This document shows, in pieces, positions 12,068 through 24,400 of a DNA stretch of 64,000 bases. Position 1 is the first letter of the stretch; every line of letters starts with the position of its first letter. Source of the stretch: Acanthaster planci (lineage: Eukaryota); contig NW_019091359.1 in NCBI RefSeq assembly GCF_001949145.1, positions 2,828,861 to 2,892,860 of the forward strand. Direction: 5' to 3'. A program made the position numbers and the translations under genes. The notes below the pieces were generated by a model. That model had not been told where the DNA came from. It saw only the letters and a program-made list of their open reading frames with translations, and searched no databases.

Positions 12068-15000
12068 TTCCTCACGGTTCTTTTCAGAACCATACAGACT
12101 CACAAAGAGATCGTATCCTTGCATGGTGCTACCGCAAGCTTTCCACCTTAACCTCTATTCAGTTCGACAGAGAACTGTGAAAACTGTTGGGCCATAAGCT
12201 TCACGTTTTCCTCGGTGAACATGGGACACAGACACCATCTGCAAGAGTTATTCCTATTAATCGCTATCCGTAACCCTTGGGTAGTAATTGAATGCAGTGC
12301 AATGAAATTCGTGAATATTCTCGACAAAAATATCAAAAATCGTGACAGTCTTCCATAGGTTAGCGTTGATTAGTTTTGGCACGGTAAAATGGCCGCCACT
12401 TTATGATAGTTCAACGACGTCCGTATTACGAATGCTGCATTTAGGTCCAGATTTGATTGAATGCGTCCGTGTCTAAAATGTACGGGGAGGATGTCCTGTA
12501 ATACAACGAGTTTCGATGTATCAAGGCTGGTCCTAGTAGATTCATTTCATGAGAATTTATTCCAAGTCAAATTATCGCTCTCTGCTTGTAGGATCCGGCC
12601 CAAATGCTATAAGGTGTAAAAGAAATGACAACAAACCCCCTCCCCCACGTGGTACATTTACGTACACTACCCTTACCGCACTCGTGTTTATTCACGGCCT
12701 CATTAGACGATACAACAGTGATACAATACACTCCGCTACAGTAAATTCCGGATTTGATTAGATTTGATGACCACGAAAAAAGAAATCATTGGATGTTGAA
12801 GAAGAGAAAGATTGAAAGCATGAAATCAATGCATTATAATTTCATTTAAGTAGGACTGTGCCTTGTGTTTCGTTCATTGTTCGTGTGTGATATATGGGAA
12901 TAAAAGATTACAAAGGGTTGAAAGCAAACAGCTGGATTTTTAAGGTGAACCTGAAACAGATGCTTGAAAAGATGCTGTGAAAATGTCAGAAATTAAGTGT
13001 CTGTGGGTTTCAAAGATCATTGTAAAATAACCTTGTCACCATGGCATGTCCAACCTTTGTAAGACTTACAAGTAGAAGTGTTTTATTTTGATTCACAAAA
13101 ATCTCCGAGTAACCGAAACTAAGGAAATGAAAACCCTGCACAATTTTTAATAACATTATTAACGTGACCACAGGCCAGACACTATTTGGAAATGACTGCT
13201 CTTTACCCGTGTATTACCGCGTAGTCTTCTCCACATTCTGCTGAACACATGCACGGCTGGTCTCCATTCATTTTTAGGCTCACACTGTTTCAAGTAAAGT
13301 AAGACCCGCTCCCGGTATTTGCTTCGCAATTAAAGCCTTGATGGTCTGCCACATCACGGTACCGTGATACGGGGATTAAATTAAAACAACCGAAAATAAT
13401 GACGTCAGCACACACAAACGCAACTAAGCTAGCAACTATTGGTTGGGCCTATGTTTTTATAACGTGTTGGGCCTTCATACTCAGCATTTTTATCGAAAGT
13501 CCTAAATTAAATTCATGTCGATCTATTAAACGCAAAGTGACTTTCGTAAACTTCTTGGACACCAGGCCGCTATCTGCACTTCCGTTGTAAATTGTAGGAG
13601 CAATTGACTATACTGTGCAAGTCTATAACGCCTCACTTCAATAGTGACAGAACTCGATTGTTTCAAATTATTAGATTTTGAAGAAATAATTATTTTATTA
13701 GAACTAAATATTTGAACTTTGGACAAAATATAACAAGGATCGTCGTCTAGATTGCCCACTCTTCTATTACTATAACAGCGAAGCGTTGATTCAAGCGCTC
13801 AGTGTGTGATACTTATAACATCTTGTGTGCCACAAAATTATAATTTTGCCAGAAATTCATTACCAGCGATGAATCACTTCGTCATTTATTCGCGAGTGGA
13901 TTCTTCGGGCAGTGGAAGATGGGGGCTCTCTAGGAATATTATCAATTGAAATCTGAACACTCGTTTATGAGCTGGTCATCCAAGAAACAATCAGGAATCT
14001 AGCCTTTGCTTACCAGGTTTTTTGTTGTTGTTTTTCGAGGAACACTTGCAAGATGGAAGGATTGGTGAGTGTGTGAGATAAAATTCAGACTCAGTTGAAC
14101 TCGACATGGTCTGTCATAAATTTTGACAATGATGCATGGGATTTTTTAATCAGCCTAGTGCAGTGTTATACTAACTGCATTATCATAGGCTGAAGCATTT
14201 CATATACGTAACGACTTTGGCAAGCCATTCCAGCTTGGGTGCGAAATTAGAAGAAAACTGTGTGCGTGATAGGTCTTCGGTAATTATAGTACCATCCCCG
14301 TTTTTGCTGTTCGGCATCAAAATCTGTGAAGCTTGACGCCAGGAACATCAGAACATTCATTGGAAGCAAAAACTCTTTGCCACATCAGGAAAAATGTACA
14401 CATACTTCTAAACATAAAAAATAACTAAAATATGCGTGCTCGTTTGGGGCGTTGCCGTTTGTAAATGCCGGGCGCTCCACCCCCTCTTTTTGGGTAAATA
14501 CTGGATCCGCCCCTCAAGGGGGAAGACTGTACTTAGACCATCCAAGCTTGCGTCTGTTTCTTCAATAAAGAAGGAATACTAAGGGCGCACTGTCAAGCAA
14601 CGACATCGAGGAAATGCACGTTCGCAGTCACACTGTAAAAGAAATGTTTATATATCGCAGTCAAGGAATTTTCATTCCTATTAATGATCCATTGAAATGT
14701 GCAAAATGCTACAGATTCTCTTGGCTTTACGACTTCAAATGCAACCGGAAACCAGACCACCTGAGGAAGTTCTCGTAGATATCTGCAAATATCGTCGTAA
14801 TTGGTGACGGCCGGATACGCACCACCAACCGTGGAGTTCGCACGAGTGCTTTGACGTCGGGCATAAAAACCACGACTAGAACCCATTCGTCACTGGGTGC
14901 TATATAGACGTCATTGCTTGATCAATTTGAAATTCAGATGGTCGTGATAAGTCTATCGTCTGTCAGATCGGAGGATGTCAGCGTATCGACCTCGCCATCT

Positions 15001-17800
15001 GTCAAGTGGATGAGCAAGATTAAATGTCTCGTCTGTCTACCCGTCAGTGTCACGACTTGGAGTTCTTACAGCACAATAAGGAATCCAAAAACAAAGCACT
15101 GAGCTTTGAATAAAGTTTGCTCATTTACCTAATGACTGCTGGGAAGTGAGACGAGCCCAGCTTGGTTATGTTGTTCTTTTACGAGTGTTTGGGTTTTCCA
15201 AAGAGGCTCTAGACGCCTATCATTTGTTCAGAGTTTACGACATTGAGTCCACAATTCCCCTTGTTCTGAATGCACAGTTGAATGGCAATGACCTGTAGTG
15301 CATGGGTTCTTGAAGTGGGTCAGTCCAGTGGCAGGAGGGAAATCTTGTCGTCGATATCTGTTCAGTGAAAAGGCCAAGAGGGTGATATTTACATCCAACA
15401 ACGCGATTAGCGTTGCATATCAATATAGCTTTCTCGCCTTGATGGGTTTGGTCTCGTCTGCACCCCGGGCGATTGCCACCCTCCGAGGTCGAGCGGAACT
15501 TCTTAGGCTATGTTTTTCGCCAGTCCACTCTAGACAAGAATTGTCTTTTGTTGTCTTCTTCGTTTTCACCAATCTTTAATATCCTTAGTCAAGAGTCTTG
15601 AAAAAATACTGTATAGTTTTTGTTTGGTTTGGTTTGGTTTAATACAAGGATCTTTGATTCGCATAAATCTGCGGTTTCTCTGGCTTGTGTCTCACACTTC
15701 ATAAAAAAAATGGCGCTTCGCACACTTTCACACCTTTGACTTTGGAGAGAACGGCTTAGCGTGGCTTTGGTAGCATCACACCATGCAGACTACAAAGTCA
15801 GAGTTATAAGCTTTCATTTGAAATGAGTGTCCGAAACAGGCTTCCACAGCTACGGCTAGGTCTATTGTCTACATGTCTCCACGCATTTCCAATGGAGCGA
15901 AGACCTAGACCTAGCTCTAGACAAGAGATTTGGATGCAGCCTTACAAACGGTTCTGTAGCTATAGACCTAGCCACAGACCTAGTCACAGCCTCAGCGGAG
16001 TTGATGCTAGAGAAATGGTTCTGTAAAATATATAAATTGTTGGTTTGGACTTGGCTTTGTCGTATATCTTTTTATCCTCTGTTGGGGTTGCTCTGGGTAG
16101 GTACATTGTTTCTACCATGTATGGGCTTACAGTTACAAGTTTATTGGGGAAAGTTTTGCTCTTGTTCTATGTAACTTTTAACCTGAATGAATGACTTCAT
16201 GCCATAGGGCGACTTTACATGTATAAGGAGCTCCGAAGAAGAGAGACTGGCAGGCTCTACTTTTCTTTGGATGGCGACTATTTTGTGTTCAATGAAGAAA
16301 TCATGATTTTTTTTTTCATATCGCAATTACTTGTGTTTCGAATCGATGTGATAAGTATTACTGTCTTGTCATCGTTCAAACACTTATAAAACATACTAAA
16401 GGGAGGATTGAAAAGTCTTTTCTGCCCGGTGTTCGGGACGGATTTCAGAGAAAACGTTTCACTGACGCATATTGCCTCTGATCAGGTCACATGAAAAGGT
16501 GTTTGATTTTAAAGCTGGCGTTTTGTTACCACGCGATGGCATGCGGCATAGTAAATCACGCGACTGCGCCCTGCCATCGGCTAAATATATTGTGGTAAAA
16601 ACAGAAGATCGTATGAATTGGAGCATTACAGTGTCATTTTAAAAATAGACACGAGATTTTGATGGTCTTCCATGAGTTACCGATCAGAACTTAAAGACGA
16701 CCGAAGGAAAGACTAAGCCCACGGAAACAGGAACCCTATTGTGTATAATATCCCATAGACTTATCCTTAGCCGTATAACGGAATTGCCGGACTCTGGCAA
16801 AACACTGAAAGTCGATGGGAAATGGTTGCAGACGCTTTAGAAAGTGGCTTCTGTATGCATCCTTGTAATTTGCCGAAATGATTCGAACAGAATCTATTTC
16901 TTCTCCAAAATTTCAGCTTTTGATTAGCTCGGTGTCCCACGTGTACAAGATTGTCAACATGGCACAGAAATAATCGAGCAATCAGGCGCTCAAAAAGTCC
17001 AATCCTGACATGTTATTTTCGTGCCAAATCTGCCATGTGGTGTCAGTTTATATCCACTCTTACACTTCACGTTATCTACGCTTTTGGACTCTTTCTCCTT
17101 AAGTTCATGGCACGGGAGAACCTCACCAGCCGTCCTGAGGCATTTTAGGCGGGTTGAATCGATCGCGCGCTAAAACCCTCACCGATGAAATATGCTGCGT
17201 TCGTCTTCTTGTCTCTTCCAGATTTTCTCTTGCTGTTTCACTTTCTCTGGGCTGCTTGATCGAAGTGACATTTTCACTGCATTTATTCATCGCTGTCCCC
17301 AAAACGACTGGATGAAACTTGCAGTGTCCGATGTCATGGCGGTCAAGAAACGAGGTTTGTAATTGCACGAGAAGCCCCGTGTGACTGCAAATCAGCATCG
17401 ATATCAGAGACTTGAGACACGTTCATACGAATGGCCATGCCGTCCTCGTTCACACGGCCGTGACAATGCAGTTTAACCTGGCCGATTGTATGATATTGAG
17501 CGATGTTACAATCACGGAACGAGATTAAGTGACGCGTGCTTAAGGCATTATCTACAAGAGCAGAACTTTGCCTTATAACTGACACAATAACGACTCAATG
17601 TCACTATTCCCTAGATTTGGTATGGTGAACATCAGTTTCAGGCCTGTGGACTTTTGTCCCACATGACAAAAATTACGTGATTCTGTAGTATTTAATCACA
17701 CTCAAATGCCATTGCTACGTCGTTTCTGATTGGATTAGACTTCTTTTTGATTAGTATACCATTTAGGCCTGTGGTAATGACAAAGAAAGTTGCTGCCTAC

Positions 17801-17995
17801 GGGCCTCGAGCTGGACCAAGAGAGGGCGCTATTTTCTTAGCAACGGAGGTTCCTTTGGTCGGAACTGAACTTTGCTGGTTCACGAACGACTAGGAAATGC
17901 ACGTGTCACAGTCGCACCCCTGCCAACAAATTGAACACTGCCGACCAACTTGACTCCGTTCAACCGGCGAATGGGTGCTTCTGGATAAACGAGAT
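17801..17995 (+). repeat. Dispersed ~190-bp repeat family, copy 1
   Basis: gggcctcgagctggaccaagagagggcgc...tagcaacggagg...ggttcacgaacgact; alignable by eye to 18061, 28151 and the reverse complement of 53035-53213. Confidence 0.8.
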
Positions 17996-18060
17996 ACGGT
18001 CTGCTTACATCATTGCAGCCAATACAAGAACCAGGGTCCTGGCAGTTCTCTTCGTCATAC

Positions 18061-18252
18061 GCCCCAAGCGGGACCAAGACAGGGCGCAATTTTCCTAGCA
18101 AAGGAGGCTCATTCGGTGGGAATCGCACTTTGCAGGCTTACTAACGACTATGAAATGTAAGCGTTGCGGTGGCATCGCTACCAGCCAAATGAATACTCCC
18201 CACCAACATGGCTCTTTTCAACCAATCACGGGCGCTTCTGCTCAAGGCAGAT
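18061..18252 (+). repeat. Dispersed ~190-bp repeat family, copy 2 (tandem to copy 1)
   Basis: gccccaagcgggaccaagacagggcgcaattttcctagcaaaggaggc...ctcttttcaacc...gcttctgctcaaggcagat. Confidence 0.75.
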
Positions 18253-18435
18253 AATTTTATTTATAGACGGGTTTCTTTAATGTGAGGACTTGGTAACTTG
18301 TGTATGCAGCACCCTTTTTGGTCCACTTGTATATAGGGTGATCCAAATTGGATGGGGATGCTCGTGGAAGCGCTCGACCAATGTGCATCACCTTTTGACA
18401 GTCAAAGAGCTTTCAGTGAACAATGTGTACATACA

Positions 18436-18494
18436 TTAACCCTAACAGTCCTCAGTCCTCCAAAAGGTGAAGGATTGAGGAGTGTTAGGGTTAA
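18436..18494. mobile_element. Tiny piggyBac-type MITE (51-bp element between TTAA duplications)
   Basis: TTAA|CCCTAACAgTCCTCAgTCCT-ccaaaaggtga-AGGAtTGAGGAgTGTTAGGG|TTAA: CCC/GGG termini, ~20-bp TIRs, TTAA on both sides. Confidence 0.7.
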
Positions 18495-21400
18495 TATACA
18501 AACCCACATGCAATACTTCGTATCTAGTTTTCTTGTTTCCTCGGATTCTTGAGGAGTGGACCAAGCCATGGGCCGAGGGCTGCAAATCTCACCGTTACTC
18601 CTATTGACTTGAGGTTGTCAAGAGGCACCCGGCTTTGCAGTGTGTCACGTTCTGCGAAGTTCTGAAAGAACTAGGTCATCGGAATGTCGTGTCAAGTCGA
18701 CTTCCATTCGAATGTTGCTTGAATAACGGAAACGTGAACCCGACTCAATTATCAGGCTGAGTGGTGAGATTTTGGCCTGATATATAAATTGGATTACAAG
18801 GGGTATAGATTCTGAGTTGCGTCTTCGAGTGCTTCCAAACCTCAAATTAGTGTCAACGTTTTCATGACGCTCACACTAGATACACAAGTCCTTTCAGTGA
18901 GTTGTGAGCTTCACATCAGACTTATTCTTAGACTTCGTTAAATATACAACACCGTGATTATATAAAAATTGTATCAAGTTACCGATTTCAGACCACCATT
19001 AGGCCCATAAAACATAAAATGGTCGTATAGGAGTTCATCTTCGAAGTTGGTCAATTTGGGCATAAATATCAATAAGCCATATCGTTGACTAACATTGATT
19101 GATCCCTACTTTGGCATACTCTTTGTTTGATAACACCTCCGGTCGTGTAGCTCCTCCTCTTTGCCTACTGTAAGCCAATCCATGTCAGAAGTTGATGTAA
19201 ACACCGCGCCTGCTGGAATGGCTGGCCTATTTCTTCTGCCGTGCTGATGGGACAGTAGGACCCGCTACTCTTCTGTGTTTGTCCAGTAATCGGCCGAGCT
19301 TCTCCTCCCGGCTCTAGTGGAGTTGACTTTCTCCGTCGTTTGAGCGAGGAGGATTCTTGTTTGCGGTGAAACAGGAAACGCAGTCGGTCGCGATCGCTCG
19401 CAACGCGATCTATCACTTTCCCAAATGAAGGCAAGTTCCCGTCGTTGCGAGTTAATTTGAACATAAACTCTCTCTGAACTTAAGGCTTCTCAGTAATGCA
19501 TTTGCTGTTCATAAATTAGGTCCTGCGTTGGAAAGGAATTGATTCCCAACGCTACTAATGTCTCACTTATCTTTAAACAAGAACGACAAGGAGGCTTCAA
19601 TTCAAATACATGTGATTGCTTGTACAAAAACCTTCCGCTTTTAAGACAAGAAGAATCTAGCTCTGTGATTAAAAATGAGGGATAGGTTTTACACTTTACT
19701 GTTTGGTAAGTGTTTCTCCATTCTTTGGAAGGGATTGTACTTTCCAAAAGTCCAAACTTTGGCATGCAGACGAGAATTCACAGAAAGTCTCATAAATTTT
19801 TCGTATCATTGTTTCCATGCCAACAGTAAGATTTAAAGCGCTGGCTTCTACCATCCCAAATCCCAATCAGAAATATCCCCCACTGTCTAGTCATCAATGC
19901 CTCCTAATTTGCATCAACGTAAAATGACTGTAGCTGACTTTCTCCTCAGCAACACCATTAACTCCGTGGCACCTCTGGCCGGCGCCACACCAACGTTAGC
20001 GAGATTTGGTCGAAGCTGTTTTCTCATAAGACGAGATACAGGTAGAGAAAGTTGCGAGAAATAGAGCCGTTTGGACGGTGAGTATTGGACTATCTACCTG
20101 AAGACCCCATTGTGGTATACAATATCTTTACCTTATTTGACATATGAAGTATATAACACATCACTTTTAAACAACTTCAAACCTTCCTTATCTTTTTGAA
20201 GAGGACAAGTGAGGTTTCTGTCAGCCTTGTCCCATTCCTTCACCGTGTTTTACCGTCTACCAAAACATATCAAGCCAGTCTATGCCATCCCACCGCAAGA
20301 TGTTTGCAAATCGTTTAATCTCACGCAGCTTTAGAGAAAACGACTCTGACATTGAGTTTCTCGCACGCAATTTAGGAACTGAACGATTAACGAAGCCAGG
20401 AAATTGAATTTGAATACATCATCTAAACGTCTGAACCGTCTGCTTCGCTAAGAACCCCCACCCCCACGGTGCACACTGTGCAGGCACCGACCTCCTCCCC
20501 CCCCCCTTTTTTTTCATTTCCACAAACCCACGCGAAATCGCAAAATCGCGGATAAGTGGCTCACTGTGTTTTTGGAAGTCAATTGCAATAGTCATTATAA
20601 TGGTTCCTAGCATGAAAGAGTTTCCCAGTGCTTGAAATGAGAAAGATTTGTGGATTCTCTTTTGGAGTAATCAACACTGATCATTGCTTCTTCTCGTTCC
20701 CTTTGTTGTGCGATGCCTTGTTCATTTTTTGATGAGTTGGCAAGTAGATCTTTGCGTTTCCGATGGACAGAATTGCTCATAATCGGCTCTGGCTGCTTTA
20801 ACCTAGCTGTACTGCCCAGGCTTCATTCGCACCTGGCTGTCAACATCCGATTCGAGTAATGAACCCCACGGCTGCACACCAGTCATTTCGAAATTAAAGC
20901 TGAAAACTACGGTAAAAGCCGCTGAGTTGACACAGCTCTTCGGCGCGGCTCGCCGAGCAGTTAAGAAGCGATGGAATGACGGCGTCGCAATTGACCCAGC
21001 CCGGCCCGCGCAGAACGTCTGTCCACGAGAAACATTCTCGGTTCACTTGTCTCGGGTGATCTTTTGCAGTCGCTGTTATCAAGCAAAGAATGAAATGAAC
21101 TCCCTACAATAAGAAAGGGTATCCAAACCAAACCGTGTGACTCCACACAAGAAGTTAGAAACAGATAAAAATGTATAGAAAAGTTCGACATTTCTAACGT
21201 CGGCCCACATAAGTTCTGTCTCATTATCTTGCGAAGTTTTTAAAATATCTTCTTCTAAATTTCATCGTCTAAACCACCAATGAAATGTTTTGGATAGATT
21301 TGGATTGCAATGAAGAGATATACACCCTCAACGGTGAAGTGGAGAAAGTTGGCTGCTATTGAAGGACTATCGGACATGACGCTCTCACTAGTGGCACGAT

Positions 21401-24400
21401 AGTGGCCGCTACTAATGTTTTTCGAGCTGTCATTGAGCGATAGGCCCATACATGCTGGACACCTTTGTGTACGCGATGCAGAACAGCGGTGGTTGGGAAA
21501 CGCCAAAAAGCTCAAGTGCGCCCTCTTATGTTGACGGTATTCATAGCTATTTTCCGCCTTTGGTCAAAGTTACCGTATGGTAAGTCTGTCATCTGGAATG
21601 AATGCATATAAATACAACTCATGGTCAATAGAAAGCAATTAACAGGATAGATAAACTACCAAGGAAAAACAAACTGGCCAAATCATACATAAAATTGAAT
21701 AATTAAGAGCTCTCATAATTGCTGTTAATTTATGACAACCTGAAACATTTAGAGATTGTACTATATAGTTGACTGTGAAGAAAATAAGCCAGATAAAAAT
21801 TCTTGCTATTTTGGCTGAGGAAGTCTCCTTCAAAATTAAAACTACAAGTTTTTTCATGTAATTCATGTGAAAAAAATTAAACAAAAACAGCGAAAGAAAA
21901 TAATGACGATAGTTGCAAAATGAGAGTAAAAAAGCAAAATTCGATGCTCAGTCGTCTTTTTAATTCTTGAATACAAATACACGGCCTATATGCTAATGGT
22001 GCGGGGGAGTTCTATGAAGGTTAACAGCTAAAGGTTAGTTTACTCAATAAAAACAAATTAAATTTGCAACTTAATTTTTGAAGTAGTTGGCGAACTATTC
22101 ATGCCTTTTTGCAGAACAGCTCGTCCTCAGTGTTAGCCAGTCCCTACGTTTATGATGAAGATGACGTCTCTCCCTACGGGGAAATTGTTGGTGTCCTCTC
22201 AAGGTGAGATAGTGCGGGAAAGGGATGCGGTCAGAGTAGATCAAGTTAGCCCGACGTAAGTCGTGATTTCCCGGTGGACTCGCAAGGCTTGTGTGCCTAA
22301 CCTGATTTTGCTCTCTGTAAATAGTTTTTTTAAAAATATCAAAATTGTGTGATGGAAAAGGGATTTAGATGCATGTCGTAACGGTTGACTGCCCTTGCTT
22401 TGATCTGACGTATTATCGGGAATTAAAATTAATCTGTGTATATTTACCACGAGGAGGATCCATCGATGTTGATAAGCACAAGCATTCATTACTGGGCCTG
22501 GCCAATTCCCTTGAGCAATTTACCTGCTTCTCCCATGCACAGAGTTTGGACAAAACCGCAATTGACTTTAGGGCGGATGTGCAAGGAGGCGAACTTCCCT
22601 TTTTGTTTTGAGTTAACGTGGTAGAAGACTTTTCTAGGAAATGTTGCAACCCACAAATGGTTAGAGGATACAACTTCTATTTCAGATCATTTAAAGGTTG
22701 GGATTTAGGATTCAAGACAAAAATTTTACTTGTGGGGAAGGGAGCTATCGAACAAAATCAGCGAAGGAGTGGCTTTAGCCCCCCTCCCCATAGTAAACCA
22801 ACAATCCAAACCTCAGTGAACATTTTGCAAAAGACGGGAAAAGAAAGTATCCAAAATAATCATTGACGCGCTTTGTTGTCATTTTGCTGTGGCGTTGGGT
22901 AATGCACATTGCCGTCAAAAATTATCAGGCTAGTCAACGATAAAATTTATTATTTTTCAAATGAATTAGTTTAACATTTCGAATAACTGATTGGTTGAGC
23001 AGAAATTACTCGCAATAGTTTGTTTTTAAAACTCTGAATAGCTTGTTCCATGCTATAACAATACAGAGCTACATTGCAGAAATCCTGACAGCAGGTAGCC
23101 ATCGGTATAAACCATAACATAATATGGGATGCTCCAAGTAATCTTTAAGTGCAGCTTACACACCTCTGTTTGTAATTTGCCAGCTCACTTAATCAAATTT
23201 GCACAAAAAAAGGAGATTAATATTGCCAAAAATTATTACCAAGAAATTGGGGGGTTTTTAATTTTAGGAAACCAGCAAAAGAGAAGCAAGATAACACATG
23301 CTCAATATTCGCAAATATTAAGAGCAATACCTGAAAATCAACTAAATTTATCTGACCAGTTTTAAAAATGTTTCGACCTATTTTATCACGTTACCTAGGG
23401 GTTACCGAACGAAAATACCTCTAAAAGAAGTTAGAACTTTTGCTATAGGAACCAGACTATCTCAAATTAAATTTGAATAAGCGAATTTCTGACACATAAT
23501 TCAAATATTTTGAACACCGTCCAAAATTTATTCGATACTAATCGTTTATCCGTCGTAAAGTTCACTGCATTCCCTCTTCCTCTCTGCTCGTTTTCATGCA
23601 AAAATAAGTTTATTGATTATCAAATATAATTATAATTTGGTAACCTTGATGTCCAAGGGATTTCATCGAAACTTCAGTATTATAAATTTGAAACGCAAAC
23701 AACCTGTTTGCGTAGTATATGCTCTAAAAACCGTGACAGCTGTGTAGCCATAACTCGTTTTCGCCCAAATTGTCAGGGAGTCGTCCACATCTGATGACTT
23801 CATCAAGCGAACGGTGTGATTAAGAAATAATCAGTAGCTAAGGGAGAACCAAGACGTAATTGCAAAATCCACCCGCGAAAACAAACTTAATGAAAAAATG
23901 CACCAGGAAACACGCCTAGAGTATTTTTGAACTTCTCTGAAATGACGCAGAACCGCGCAGTTATACGACAACTTACAATCTCATCTCCATCACTACAGTT
24001 CTCGCGAGGACAACGCAACCCAATTCGATTGTCAGGGACGCAGGTTTATTGATCGAGTTTAAAAGAAAAACAGTGTTGTAAGAAATGACATTGTGGAGGG
24101 AGAAGTTGGCTTCTCTATGCAAAACTGCTTCGATCAACAGCTGTTTAAATTGACTGGAGTGGATCCCATTGAAACTGGCTGATGATAATTGTCCAAGATC
24201 GCCAAGGCTTGCTTCGATTTCAAACAGCGTGATTTCTAGAGCGAAGGCCGACTCCTGTTACTGTCTTTAATTGAGTTCATTATCCATTTACACGCAGAAA
24301 GAGCCTCATTCTGCAAACCAATGACAAAAAAATAGAATTGCAATTTAAGCGAATTCTGAGTTTTCTGAAGAAATGAAATAAATTCAAATTTTAATATTTT

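Larger units (their letters stand above)
11895..12150. mobile_element. 256-bp palindrome, probably an inverted pseudo-LTR remnant of a Penelope-like retroelement, nested in the TIR element
   Basis: Arms 11895-12019 and 12026-12150 (125 bp, 3 mismatches, 6-nt loop tgacac). Each arm carries a hammerhead core near the centre, as known for Penelope-like element pLTRs. Confidence 0.7.
10929..12399. mobile_element. Non-autonomous DNA transposon with long diverged terminal inverted repeats
   Basis: 10929-10954 (gtggcggccattttaccgtgccaaaa) is the exact reverse complement of 12374-12399. Diverged complementarity continues about 200 bp inward (e.g. aacctatggaagactg / cagtcttccataggtt). No TSD identified, and weak similarity further out suggests the true ends may be wider. 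Confidence 0.7.

Noticed and set aside
19165..19464. 99-aa ATG-initiated ORF with a KRRRK basic cluster (neuropeptide precursor?)
   Set aside because: No signal peptide, no repeated peptide units and no family similarity that I recognise.
23791..23815. CTGATGA followed by a short stem (another hammerhead?)
   Set aside because: Followed by GAAC rather than GAAA, with no stem I or III. Similar partial hits near 31665 and 50326 also fail.
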